Source: Cenococcum geophilum (Eukaryota). From it: a stretch of 64,000 nucleotides of DNA. Location: positions 3,162,001 through 3,226,000 of the forward strand of contig CP158636.1 in the NCBI GenBank assembly GCA_050273025.1, read 5' to 3'. Of the stretch, positions 36,688 through 49,397 are shown piece by piece (position 1 is the first letter of the stretch; every line of letters starts with the position of its first letter). The notes beneath the pieces were generated by a model that was not told the origin of the DNA, searched no databases, and saw only the letters and a list, made by a program, of their open reading frames with translations. The translations under genes and the position numbers were made by a program.

Positions 36688-39600
36688 CTCGGGCCCCGTC
36701 GGGTTCTTCGAATGCTGCGCAGCCCCCACCTAGTGGGGGCCTACACCCTCAACACAAAAACACCCTCAATACAAAATAATTCGTAACTTTATATATATTA
36801 GGCCAATTACCACTAAACTAGGCTAGAATTAAAGCTATTCGCGTGGCGAATCTATTAGAAGGGCCCCTTCTATCTAATCTTCTTCTAGTATTATACTTTA
36901 GGGCCGTTTTACCATGGTATACGCTTTTATCTTAGCTATGCGTTTCCTTCCTACCTAGGTTATTAGGCCTATAGCTTTATATATAAAGCCCCTCGTGTAT
37001 ATAGGAAGGGCCTTAGGCCTATAGTTATGCACCTAAAACACGCGCGATAGAGGGGGGTAATTGCCCTTAAAGATATATACGGGTTAGAGTTTTTTTTAGG
37101 TAAACTTTATAAGTATAGGAAGAACCTCTATATAGAACTTTTACTTAGCCCTTTTTCTTTAGAGTTCTAGCTTAGCTATAAAAGCTAAAGCTTCTTCCTA
37201 TTAAGCATTATCTTAGCGTTATTTCTTTATATGCTAAGCGTCCTTAGCGTATATAGGCCCTTTAGCTAAAAGGATCTTCCAGCTACCTAATTTACGGCTA
37301 TTATATACAGCCTACGCAGCCTACATCTTTAATAGCTCTCCTTTAAATAAGGCGCTAGTATAGGCTTATATATAGGCGCCCTTAAAAGTTATTTTAATTG
37401 CTTTAAATAAATAATAAGGTAACTTAGGCCAAATCTTATTATCTAAAAGAGCGTTAGATTGGCGCTTTAATATATAAATAGTTAATAGGGTATACTAATC
37501 TTAGCCGCTAGGTAATAGAGGTATAGGCCTTCTACCTACCTTAGCTATACATTAGTTAAAATCTTATATATCTTAGGGGACCTAATATATATTATCCGTT
37601 TTAGGGCTAGATTGCCCTATAAAAGGGCCTCTAAGGGTCTCTAAGGCCCTCTTTAGGGGTTTATTTAGGATAGAAGGATTAATATATAGATGCTTAGCCT
37701 CCTTATATACTTATACTTCTTAGTGCTATAGCTATATAAGAATAACCTTAGGTTTAAATAAAACTATTCTAGTCTTTTACTAGGCGCCTATAATAGTATA
37801 CTAGGTAAAGATTTTATAATAGATTTAGCCTATAGCTGCTAGGAACTTAATTCTTATAAATTTCCTTTTAGTATACTAAGCTGCCGTATTAAGAGCCTGG
37901 CTATAATAATATTTAAGCGGCTAAAAATAACTTATATTTAATAGCTGTAGAAAATACATTATATAAGGGGGTAACCTATATAGGTGTATTCTATGGCCTT
38001 AAGTATATATTATAACTTTATATATATTATAAGAGCTATAACCATTTATTAAGAGGAGCCGATTTCTGCCTTAAATTAAGCCCTTAGTTTAGTAATAGAA
38101 ATAGTGTATATAATTAAGGGCTAGACACAAGAGATAGAAGCTCCGAATATCCTAGAGAAAGTGGAAACAGAAGAAGCGAGGAACGAAGGAGAGTCGAAGG
38201 ACCCTCTCCGGGGGTCCGCCACCTATCCATTATACAGTATAACTGCGGCAACACAAACCACTGCCTTGCAAGGCCCCTACTAGATAGTCTAGACCCAGAG
38301 AAACACTATATCCTTGCTATACAAGAACCGTATTACAATACCTTTATATAATCGATATACTGCCCCTGAGGATTTCAGCTCCTATACGAACCAAAAGCAG
38401 CCACATGCGTATGCTTTATGATTAGTAAGGCTATTAGCCTGTCCTTATAATTATGGCAGGTAGTTAACCTAGATATTGTAGTTATAATAATCCAAATATA
38501 TAGGGGACCGGTACAAATTATTAACGTGTATAACCCTAGGGTTGAAGGGGTCCTATAAACAGAGAATATTATATTGGTAATAAGCTTACTAGAAACCGAA
38601 GGTATAGAGTCTATCCTACTAGGAGATATAAACCTCTACTACCTGCGGTAGGGGGGTATCCATATTGCTGCAGATTAATAGTTAAAGTGCCTACTAAGAG
38701 CTATAGATATCTGGGGCCTTAAGCTAGCCACTCCCCTAGAAGCAATTATATGGCAACAAGGCATCGCTAGAAGTATAATTGACCTTATATTTATAGACGA
38801 AGGCCTATACCAGAGACTTAAAAGGTGTAACCCCGAAGAAGAATGGGTACTTACCCTAGACTATATCCCTATTTAGATATAGCTAGACCTAGATACTAAA
38901 GCGCAACTAAATAGAAAAAGATACGCAATAAGGAAGCTTAAGATAAATAGTTTCCTTAATATAGTTGAATAACAACTCTAAGACCTAGAAGAAATCCACC
39001 CAATACTAAACGAGCGAGGCTTATTAGCCACCCCTAAGGAAATCAACCGAAGACTAGAAAGGATTTAGGCAGCGATTAAAAATAGGCTGGAAGAGCACTG
39101 CCCGATCTCAAAACTGGGCCCCTACGCGTGATATATATGGTCTATATAATGCGCAGTTCTAGTTGCCAGCTAATAATAAGCAAGAAGGAAATATATAAGC
39201 AGCTATAACCCTAAAGACGAGAGACGATATAAAGATATAAGAAACTAGCTAAAGAATACCCTAAAAAAAGAAGTAAGGAATAACTAAAGACGGTTTATAA
39301 ATAAGTATACTTCTAACTTAAGCCTCCCCTATAATAAGGGCCTTTAGGCTATAGCAAAATAGGTAAAGAAAAAGGTAGGGCGCCTAGTAGAAGACCTATA
39401 CCTACTACCCCTATAAAGAGTAGGAGAATTATAGGCTATAAACGACAATAATAAGAAGGTAAAGATCCTTATAAAAAGGTTCTTCCCCTAACTAGCTCTA
39501 GTAGACCTTAGTAATATCACGGGCGAAACACTAGTGACTCGCCTATAGGTTAACAGCGATATAATAATAGAGGAAATAGCTAGAACTATTAGCTGCCTTT

Positions 39601-42600
39601 TAAACAATACAGTACTAGGACTAGATAGGATTCTAAATAAGGCCCTAAAAACCTATGGGCTACTTATAGCACCTTAGCTTGCAGATGTAGCTAGAGTATA
39701 CTTTACTATAGGCTATTACCCGCGACTTAGAAGATCTATAATAACGGTTATCTTATAAAAAAAAAGCAAAGCAGATTACTTAATCCCAGGAAGCTACCGC
39801 CCTATTGCCTTAGAAAACACCCTTAGCAAGATCTTAGAAAGGGTAATAGCGGAACGTATAGTAGATACGGTAGAAGAATACGCCCTACTACTATAAAGCC
39901 AAATAGGGGCAAGAAAGAACCGCTTAACACTATTAGCACTTACGCTACTTGCTGTTACTATTAAATCTGCATAGGCGATGCGAAAGGACTTTGTAGTATT
40001 AATACTTAGCCTAGATATTAGTAGTGCCTACGACAATATACCCTACAAGCGTTTTCTATATATTCTTAGGGTAAAGGGCTTCCTAAAATAGATTATATAA
40101 TTTGTCTAAGGGTTTATAGGCTAGAAAGAAATATTACTGGTCTTTAGCGGGTACCAGAGCCCCCCTATTATAGTTATAACAGAAATACCATAAGAATTAC
40201 CCCTCTTGCCTATACTCTTCCTTTTCTTTATAAGCAACCTACTTAACTCCTTTAAAAAAGGGGCGACCTAGGGAATAGGCTTCGTTAATAATATAAACCT
40301 AATTATATACGGGCCAACAGCCGTAGAGAATTGCAGAACACTAGAGAAAGCCTATAACACTTATATAGAATAGGCAAAACGTTATAAAGTCTAATTCTTA
40401 CTAGAGAAATACTAGCTAATCTATTTTATAAGAAAACGCAACTAATCTATAGATCTTTAGTATATAATTCGCATCTAAGGCTTTAGGGGTTAACTAGTTT
40501 AGGGCCTAAGGGTATTAGGAGTATAGGTAGATAGTAAGCTCCGGTGGAGCGTATATATAGCGTAAGCGGCCCGTAAAGGCTAAGTATAGTTTATTGCTTT
40601 ATTTAGGATTATTAATTCTATATAGGGTCTATACTTCTAGAGGTTACGCCTACTATATATAGCAGTTGTCCAGCCAACCATAACATATAGATCTAGTATT
40701 TGGGCCATTAGAGAAACTAAGAAGGGCCCCCCTAAATCACTCCTTAAACCACTTTAAAAGGTTTAAACAGCCTGCCTTTAGAGAATTATAGGCGGGTATA
40801 AGCAAACGGCTATAGCACTGCTTAAGAAGGAATCCAATATTCCCCCCCTATAGTTATATATTAAAGCCGCTGTAATATAAAGAACGTAAAATAAACGTAA
40901 CTCTAATGTTATAAAGTATATTAAGACACGCCTAAGTAAACTATAGAGGGACCTTAGGGTGCCCTGTAGGAGAATAAACCAATAACCCTAAAGTAGGGAA
41001 GAGATATTAGAGAAACAGGTAAAGAAAGTAGAAGAAGAATAATACCGCTTTAGGGCCCAGGCCTATATAGAGGAGGAAGGGAGATGTATAAGAGGTTAGT
41101 AAAGATAATAGTAAGATAGAGAAAGGAGCTAAAGTAGAATACGTAAGAACGCTAGGAAACCATCTACCGTAATATAATATTGGTTGGACTAACGCTAGAG
41201 AGGCGAATAGGAGTTAAAGGTATAGAGGCTAACTTAGGCAAGATGAACCTAAGCTATAGTATGGTTAACGCTATAGGGGGTAAATACCTAAGGGCTCCGA
41301 GAAGGCCTAATAAAGGCAGAAAATATAATAGTAATACTCTTAAGAATAGGAATAATAGGACTAAAAGATTGGCTTTACTAGGTAGGTGTTCTAGTAGGTA
41401 GCCCGAGATGCAAATATAGCTAGCTAAAACAGACACTAAAACACGTAATACTACTATACCCCCTACGCACTAATTAAGAAATAATGCTCTTAGTAGCTGG
41501 TATAGAGAACTATAATACACTGCTCTTAATACAAAAAGGCCTTAAGGCGGTTACCCAGTGGCTTATTAGTTAAAATGTGCTAAATTAGTTCCGGGTTATA
41601 AGGGAAATGGTAATAGAAGGTAAGGGGGCGAGCAGTAGGTGCCCCCTAGTAACTCTATAGTAGTAGAGTAATAGTTTATGATACTAGCGCGTCCGTAGGC
41701 TTGTTACGGCAGCAGTGGTTCCTAAGGAGGTCAAATAGTAAGGTAGTAGAGCACTATAGGCGACTTGTAGGCGCTAAGTAGGCGAGTCCTAAAAGGCGGG
41801 GAGATGGATTACGGGGTTTTCTCATTTTTCTTAAATAGAGTTTTCTCCCCATATGTAAATAAGGAGTAGTCCGTGTGGGCCCAATAGGGATCCGAATCGG
41901 ACGTTAAGCAATGAATTATTAATTATTAATTAATTAATTAAGGGCTAATTTATTATTACTATAGCCAGTTTCCAATTTAGCTACTAAATAGCTAGCTAAT
42001 AAGTCCGTAAACTATTCCTCTATTAAATTCTGGCTAGAAATAATTATTATTAGAGTAATATAATTGCTAATTAAGTGTATAGTTTCTACTAAAGTTATAA
42101 GCTCTTAACTATTTAAATAAGGAATAAATACCTCTCGTCCTTTCTTCGTCTAAACTAATTAATTCTTTATAATACTAAGACGTACGCCGCACTTATTAAA
42201 ATTCTAAAAATTAGCTGGTATAATTCTATATTCTTAGTAATAGACTAAGAAGTTATTAAACTATCCTTTAATATAGGTAGGCTCCTATACCTTTTTCTAG
42301 GCAGTCTCTATAGGCTTAGCCTTTATATATTTATATAAGGACTTATCTAAATAATGTTATAGCTAGTGTATTCTAACCTATAGAGGAAGTTCGTTATTGT
42401 TATATAGGGTAGTATAATTTTAGGCTAAAATTAAATTAGCTATATCGCGTACTATCTCCTTTTAAATTCTAAATCTAATACTATCTATATAGTTAAGAAA
42501 TTGCTTTAAGGCAAGCTCCTCTACATTATCTAAGCGCCTATTAGGTGCACGACGCGTAGACCTACTATTATAACCTTAATAGGCCCTCTAAAGCTTATTA

Positions 42601-42878
42601 TAGTCGTATTTCCAATTATCTAAAACCTACTTTAAATTAGGCTTGTATGGTAGGGCCTTAAGCTCCTTTACAATTTCTATAATCCTCTAAGCTTTAATAG
42701 TATATGCATTAACCTTCTGTTTCGTTATTTTGGGTACATAGGAAGGTTATGGCCGTAAAAATACGTGTAGGATTGTATATATAGGATTAATTTTGTATTG
42801 AGGGTGTTTTTGTGTTGAGGGTGTAGGCCCCCACTAGGTGGGGGCTCGCAGCATTCGAAGAACCCGACGGGGCCCAAG
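36688..42878 (-). mobile_element. Fot1/pogo-type (DDE_1) DNA transposon, RIP-inactivated, with nested LINE
   Basis: ~90-bp TIRs (ct[c/t]gggccccgtcgggttcttcgaatgctgc...caccctcaatacaaaa) flanked by TA (36686-87, 42879-80). The minus strand has a CENP-B-type HTH remnant (RRLDNVEELAL), GYSNNKLAL, RLLLINGYSSY (DGH.SH) and LPP....LQLLN...F.PLK. Confidence 0.93.
38124..41934 (+). mobile_element. 5'-truncated Tad-like LINE (APE endonuclease + RT + C-terminal CCHC), RIP-mutated
   Basis: 13-bp TSD taattaagggcta (38111-23 / 41935-47). Motifs IQYNCG, IQEP, GD.N.H.P.WG, PGSYRPIALENTLSKILE, LDISSAYDN and FVNN (FVDD); 3' UTR ending in an AT-rich tail. Confidence 0.93.
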
Positions 42879-42880
42879 TA

Positions 42881-43261
42881 GAGGTTATGGAGAGGAATGG
42901 GATGGCTAGCTTTACTTGCGACAACGATGCCTTCCTAGAAAGGGACAAGGAAGCCGATAGACGATAGGATCATAAAGGTATCACGGAGGTCCGATCGTGG
43001 CTGCTTGACATCGACTATTGCAGGCCCATGTCCATGGACGAGAGTGGGTGGACCAGGCTGTGGCTACTTTTTACAGAAATGGCCCGCATATATCCTCACC
43101 TAACTTCCTCGCAGGACTACAGAACTTGGGCGAATTTTCGGCTCCGATATGTCCACATGAGTGAATCGGTCCTATGTTCCAGTCAAATTGACGTCGTTCT
43201 GGCACAATTGTTTGTCAGGAATTTGGAAAGCCCTCTAAAGGGCATGAAGCTTAAATGGTGA
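42881..43261 (+). pseudogene. DUF3669-like gene, 3' part
   Basis: WLLDIDYCRPMSMDESG, then (frameshift) VDQAVATFYRNGP..YP, matching the DUF3669 C-terminal motif. Continues the gene cut at 36687. Confidence 0.65.
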
Positions 43262-43430
43262 CGTGCTGTGATTTATATTAATACACTTCTGGTATTGATG
43301 TCAAGATGCCTTTCCATATTGCCTTGAAAGTACCGCAGTACTATTGGCCCCACTTATTCTAACGAGAAACAAGTATCTTTTTCAGCGCCTCACACTCACC
43401 CATCTATCGGAGCTCAGCCCAGTATCATCC

Positions 43431-45428
43431 TCACATCTCTAGCGTTCCAACTCTGGCTCCTACATTTCCTCCGACACCCCAGGGTCCTTCCGCAATCCTT
43501 CGTCTAATAATTGTATCCACTTCCCGCTTTGGTGGATCCAAATCCTTCACCTTCTCACCAAGCACCCGCAACACGTCGAACTTCGCCATCGCCACCTGGT
43601 ACGCCGCACTCTCCGCATCACCTCGCCCACCCACAAGCCCAGAAAACGTTGTTGCGGGCTTGAGTAGGTATGGGAGTACGCCACCACTGATGGCAGGGTC
43701 CAAAATCACTTCCACGCCAGACGTCGGGAAGTTGTCAAGTTGAGCGAGGATGGGATCGGAGGCGGCTTCGTCGGGAGAAGATATCGGAGTCCAGTTCGCC
43801 GTGATGATGGCGCGGAGCAAAACTAATGCAGCGAGCGCATTGTCTTTCATTGCGACGGTGTCAGCGTGGCGGACTAGGTCAGAGAAAGCGGATGGGTATT
43901 TTGTGAGGTAGAGGGAGAGCAGGAGGCGGGCGTATGAGCGCTCGGACGATTGGCGAGTCAGGGCGGGTTGGACTGTCAGCGGTGTGGAAGAAGTGTCTAC
44001 GGGTGGGTAAGTGATTTCAGGCTGGCGAAATTATTAGCTCTGCGAGATTGGCGGAGATCAGTAAATTGACTTACTTCTATTGGACCGTGGAAGACCGTTG
44101 CGAGAGTTTTCAGGGCGTCTGGGTTAGTCATTTTGATGGGAATGGAGAGCATAGGACATTCATCCCATGCGAGCCCAGTGGATATCTTCGGGACGAGACT
44201 GGTACGTGGAACCGAGGCTAGGATGTGGAGATCTTCCGGCTTGCAGTTACCTATCGTGTAATTCAATCTAGCTTGGGTGATCTTCATATCTCGGCTACTT
44301 TCGTAGTTCTCTGGATATGTGGATGCGTAGATAGAGACGTAGTTTGAAGCGGGACCACGGAGGAAGGTTTGCTCTATCGAATTATTATCGAGCACGACAA
44401 GATTGATCATTTGAGTATGTAGGCCTTGCTCTTTGAGGAACTCCAATGACAAGCTAGAATCACTGCTTCTGCTATATTGTCAGAATCCGTGTGCAGTCGC
44501 GGACACAGTTGACTTACGTTTGGGTAGCAACTGTTTTCACAGTTGCGATTAAGTCCGTAAAGAAGTTGATGAGACTAATGTGCATTAATATATCATTTCT
44601 GTGATCTGCCATTTTCATAGTAGCAAAGTGTAGAAGCCCCTCTCTATCATTGAGCCCGGCCTTCTTTTCTACATCAGGGTGGTGGCTCTTCGTGATGGTA
44701 TCCCAGTCCAGAGCTCCGACTCTGGGAAGCCATTCCATTATTCTTGCCTGGGCTATAGTCTTGTCCCTCTTGCTAGGCGCCACCTCTTCGCCAAGAGGCT
44801 GCGCACGGAGGCTGCAGAAAACGAAGAATAAGCTGTAGACATCTTTGTCCTCAAACAACCGCTTCCACATCGGGCCTCTGCCATACGTACTTTCACCCTT
44901 CGGGCTTAGTCCGCCAGGCAAGTTCCTTGAAACTTTCAAGAGTTCTAACAATAGATTTCCCGCTTTGCTAGCAATTCCCGTATCATCTGTACATAGCCAT
45001 AATCGGACAAGCGCGCGAACAACATCAGGTTTGCTAGCGAGATTTTCTGCGTCATTGCCACTTGCCGCAGCTTTTCCCAGGAATGAAAGGACCAGATAAT
45101 GGAATGGCTTTACGGAGAGCTCAAGTCCAATGCAGAAGTCAAGTTCTTTGACCTGGTCAAAGCTGTAAGGTGCTGTAAGCTTAGGGATGAAGTGGTTAAG
45201 TGGAGATGGATCCTGCTGTAGTTTGGGAAGCAGTTGAGTGAGCTGGAAGAAGAGAGGTTGGGTTTGCCGCCAGACGCCATTCACAAACTCAGGAGTAGTT
45301 GTGTAGAGCTCGCATCGCTCTAGCAATTTCACGTCCAGCGGGGTGGCGGGATCTTCGTCTACTTTCTGGAGATGGGCTTGGAGCTCTGTAAGCACAGCTG
45401 GCGGGGGGTTTGAGGAATTGTTTGACAT
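43431..45428 (-). CDS. HSM3: HSM3-like proteasome regulatory-particle assembly chaperone (ARM/HEAT repeats)
   Basis: Three exons. LVRLWL, MWKRLFEDKDVYSLF, KTIAQARIMEWLP, DILMHISL and GGRGDAESAAY..AMAKFD resemble fungal Hsm3-like proteins. Confidence 0.7.
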
Positions 45429-46110
45429 GTCTGAGAGTTTCCTAGAAGACAAATCTGGCTCAGCGTGAATAATCCGAGAGATATTGGAAGAAGGATGCTG
45501 AATTTAGAGCGCAAAGTAGCTGAGCGAAGAATCAAAGGAGAAAGTGCTGAGTGGCGAGTTTGAACTAGCTTGGAAGGCTAACAGAAAGTTCTGGCTTTCT
45601 GAGTATAAGAGCAGTAAAGCAAATCAAAACTTGTGTATAACTTAACCACAATAAATAAAGATTCTCCAGCATGAATGAAATATGATTCTCACTAACCTCC
45701 AGCCAAGAGAGCTCTATGAAGATTGCTTTGGATTTGATAGGAAGATTTGTTGGCTTGGTCACTGCTAAGAAGCTTCTAGCATTTCTGGTCACTCTAAGAG
45801 GGAGATTTGTTCACGAGAAAATCTTATATAGTTGGTTTATAGCGATATGTAAACAGCAGGCAGCTGCGGTGTCGTTGGTGATGACGGAGCCCTCGGAGGT
45901 GGGCGCCGAAGGTTTGGCGCCCCACCACTGAATTTGGCCCGCCCAAGCTTCCTCCAAAATTTCTCACCGTAATTCGACGTCAAGCAAAAATCTCCTCTTC
46001 CTCCCTTCCTCGTCCCTGATCATGCTCCTGTCACCCTCAAAAGTAGTTTCCTTCTTATACATTTTCTTACACCGGTAGCAGAGCGCAGGCCCGCTCGTAG
46101 CTCCTTCGCA

Positions 46111-47156
46111 ATGTCACGAGGCGGGCGCGGCGGAGGTCGAGGCGGCGGGGGATTTGGGCGTGGAAAGATGGGCGGAGTTGATTTGCCCTGGGAGTACGAC
46201 CCTGAGCTGGAGATAAAGACCAAGCCGACGGAGCTGTTTCCTGTAAGTTCCTTTTGCGCTTCAGAGATACCGGGCAGCAATCATCGTCATCCACTCATTT
46301 CTTTCACCGCGCGCAATTTCGGCTTGAGGAGTTTCACCAAGGTGGAATATTCTTGAGAAGAAATGTCGAATGCGCGATACACCCCTCGTTCAACGCTGCC
46401 AGCGAGCGAATCGAGACTGTCAGCACCATGGCAGAGCACCAGAAGCCCAACCCATTTCCGAGATTCTATGGACTAAGAAATAGACAGCCTATTCCACCAC
46501 CCATAGCCCCTCCTGGACGTCGCAGCGAGAAAGCGCAAATCACGCGCTATCGCGCCCTGAGGGACCGCATCCACGAAGGGCCCTTATACACAATCCTCGG
46601 CGATACAGTGCGCGTCGGAAAGTCAGGACCACCACCTGCAGCATTATTCGACCCATTCCTAGGCATGCCTACATACACACAAAAGTACATGAAGCAGCGG
46701 AGGAAAATACCGCGGCTTGATACGCGACCATATGGTGAGTAGGATGGAAGTAATACGATTTAACTTGGAACACGTTTAACTCACAACACGCAAGTTATGA
46801 GATTCTTCCCCGAAGAGCTTTGGTCAATTCTCGATCCCACACACGCTACTACCAACGGCAACACCCCGCCCAAAAAGAAGCCAAAACTTCTCCAGATCTC
46901 CAAATCCACAACGATGAGCAGACTTGAACGTATGGAACAGGAAGAAGCGAGGAAGCAAAATGATGAAGACGAGGAGGACGAAGAGAACGAAAAAGAGTTA
47001 CAGGACGACGATGGACTCCCGCAAGAGTTACAAGACAACGATTACGAGGATGATGAGGAAGATGACGATGACTATAATGCAGAGAACTACTTCGATAACG
47101 GGGAGAAGGATTATGATGACGGTGGTGGTAATGATGGATATTATGACGGAGACTGA
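46111..47156 (+). CDS. RPC31: RNA polymerase III subunit C31 (RPC31/RPC7)
   Basis: RGG N-terminus, KPTELFP, GPLYT, PTYTQKY, FFPEELW and acidic tail DDDYNAENYFDNG. Two introns. Confidence 0.9.
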
Positions 47157-47163
47157 AACATCC

Positions 47164-48243
47164 TCAATCCGTTCCAAGAAAAGTTCGGAGCATATCGAGC
47201 TGCGTTGATAGAGCAAGTTCGCAGAGCTCTTCTGGGTTGTGGTCTTGAGCATCCGACATCATTTGAAGGTAATTTTGTCTTTCCAGATCCTGGAACACAA
47301 CTGGTAGGAGATTATTTCGGATTAGGTGATCTGCCAAAATGCAGCGCCCAACTCTTCCATTTCCATCCAGAAAAGGATGAATATGAGTAAAATGGACCAT
47401 GATATGTATAGCTGCGAGTAAAGGGTGTAATTTCTTCGATTTAATGGATTCATTTCTCCATTCAAAGAACCGGCCCATTAATGCTGGTACTTCTGCGGGG
47501 TAGGGAAAAATCCGAAGGTTATTACTCCTAACGCGGATCGGTAAATTTCGGTATTCCCCAATCTTTGTCCGCTTTCCCCAAGCCATCCTTTCTATCATGT
47601 CTTGCGACGTGGTATCAATAAGAACTCCTCTTGCGAGTTCTTTAACATATGTCTCATTCAGACCCTTGGTGTCAGAAGGCGCAAGAGCTGCTTCCACTAG
47701 TTTTTTGCAAACTAGTATGTGATTTCGAAGCTCGATTGTTTCGTTTGCATCTTCGGTGGGCAGCAGAGTCGAGGCTAAAGGAAGAGAGAGATTTAGCACA
47801 TCTCCAAGGGACGACATTGTGTGCTCAAGCAAACCATCGACATATTTCGCCAATTTGACGCTTATGGTGTTTGCCTGCGCAATGCTCAGATTGTTTCCTT
47901 CTATTCCCACGCTTTGGTGTGCGTATTTGTTTATAAGAGCCGTCGTGAATACACGCTTCTTGTTGTTGTTCTCCAGTAGTTGTTTCCACCTGTCAATTTC
48001 TTCCAACTCTTTCACCATCGTAGCCTGTATAGCGAGATATGGCCTATCATCTCCTGGCTTATGATATTCTTCCCAAACTTTTCCAGACTTGGCTAAACTC
48101 TTGTATTCCGGGCTGCCTTCTTTCAAACTCTTGAACGGTGCATAAACCTTCCTCAAGAGCTCGTCGCGTGCTCTAGTGTTATAAGCACGAAACTGAGATC
48201 TTATTGTCGCCGAATGCTTGAGGAGCTTGATAGAAACGAACAT
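47164..48243 (-). CDS. Fic/Doc-domain protein (putative AMPylase), intronless
   Basis: Canonical HPFLDGNGRVGR motif and N-terminal inhibitory-type motif SVGIEGN. Confidence 0.92.
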   Translation of the reverse strand: MFVSIKLLKHSATIRSQFRAYNTRARDELLRKVYAPFKSLKEGSPEYKSLAKSGKVWEEYHKPGDDRPYLAIQATMVKELEEIDRWKQLLENNNKKRVFTTALINKYAHQSVGIEGNNLSIAQANTISVKLAKYVDGLLEHTMSSLGDVLNLSLPLASTLLPTEDANETIELRNHILVCKKLVEAALAPSDTKGLNETYVKELARGVLIDTTSQDMIERMAWGKRTKIGEYRNLPIRVRSNNLRIFPYPAEVPALMGRFFEWRNESIKSKKLHPLLAAIHIMVHFTHIHPFLDGNGRVGRCILADHLIRNNLLPVVFQDLERQNYLQMMSDAQDHNPEELCELALSTQLDMLRTFLGTD

Positions 48244-48348
48244 TTTTTCGAATTCTTAAGCGTGATTTGCTGTGAGATGGGAATAGTTTTGTGGTTTGGT
48301 ACTCGAAACAAATGCTGTGGGAGTTTGTATATATGGCACCCAAAGTAA

Positions 48349-48443
48349 GAGTCATGGTAGATTTGAGTGAGAGCTATGGTAGGTTTTGAATAAGAGCTAT
48401 GGTAGGTTGGTAGGTTTGAGCAAGAGCCATGGTAGGTTTGAGT
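48349..48443. repeat. ~22-bp tandem repeat x4 upstream of the Fic gene
   Basis: gag(ct/cc/tc)atggtag(g/a)ttt(t)ga repeated four times. Confidence 0.7.
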
Positions 48444-49397
48444 AGCCTCCTTCCATAGAATATACAAGAATCAACCACGTAGCATAGATAGTACCTTCCG
48501 CTCGTAATTCCTTTGGTCATGGTTAGCAGCTTTCTCTCTAAAAGGCTAGACTAAGATAGGATAGAATTCGAAGAACGAAGCGTTCTAAGATTAATCAGTG
48601 GGATAATCAGCCCACTCAAACACGACCCATGATTTCACACAAAACAACCCGAACACAACCTCAAACACCAAACCACCTCTCACAAACATCATCTCACGCA
48701 AAACATGAACTAAGATAGCACATAATCGATATCTGCCAGATCGATCATCATCTTATCCCGCATTAGGTTACTCTCAGCAGCTCTTCTATTTCAACTAAGA
48801 ACTATCCTATCAAGGAAAACCGCAGAACCAGGAGCTAATCAAGACGCTTATTAAATCCTAGCGCTCGCATAGCAAAGTAGTAATCTGTAATCTCCCGCGC
48901 TCCAATCCCTATCCCCCACTTGTTTCAGGGCCAGCAACAGTAGCAAACAAGAGCAAGGAAATAGCGCGGGTGAGCGAGCATTACACAAAAGACAGACAAG
49001 AGAGAAAAGGATAGCTGGTTCTCCCAAAGTTTCAGTCATTTTACCCCTTTTTGCGGATCAACCCCCAGATAGAGTTTAAAAAGGAGATGATGGCGATATA
49101 TCAGCCATATGTATGTAGGCGGGAATACCCACCGCCCGATCCGTTTAGGCCCCGCTCCCAAAATGTCGACTTGGCCGAGTCGTCAGGTCAAATAACCAAA
49201 AAAAAGCCCATAGAAGATCCCATGGGAATGCAAGATATAGAACGCCCTCTATGAGTGCTGCAAAAACCCCTTTGCCTATTGCAAACGCCAATAATGTCGC
49301 CGTGCTTGCTCCCTCAATATTTGCCATCAGTAATATTTACCTCTACCAGCCCATAACATGCCCAAGAAAGGTTTCACTCGAAAGGAAATTCATTGCT

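Noticed and set aside
21879..43261. Whole accessory block as a Starship-type giant element
   Set aside because: No tyrosine-recombinase captain gene or terminal direct repeats were seen. The block is explained by individual TEs.
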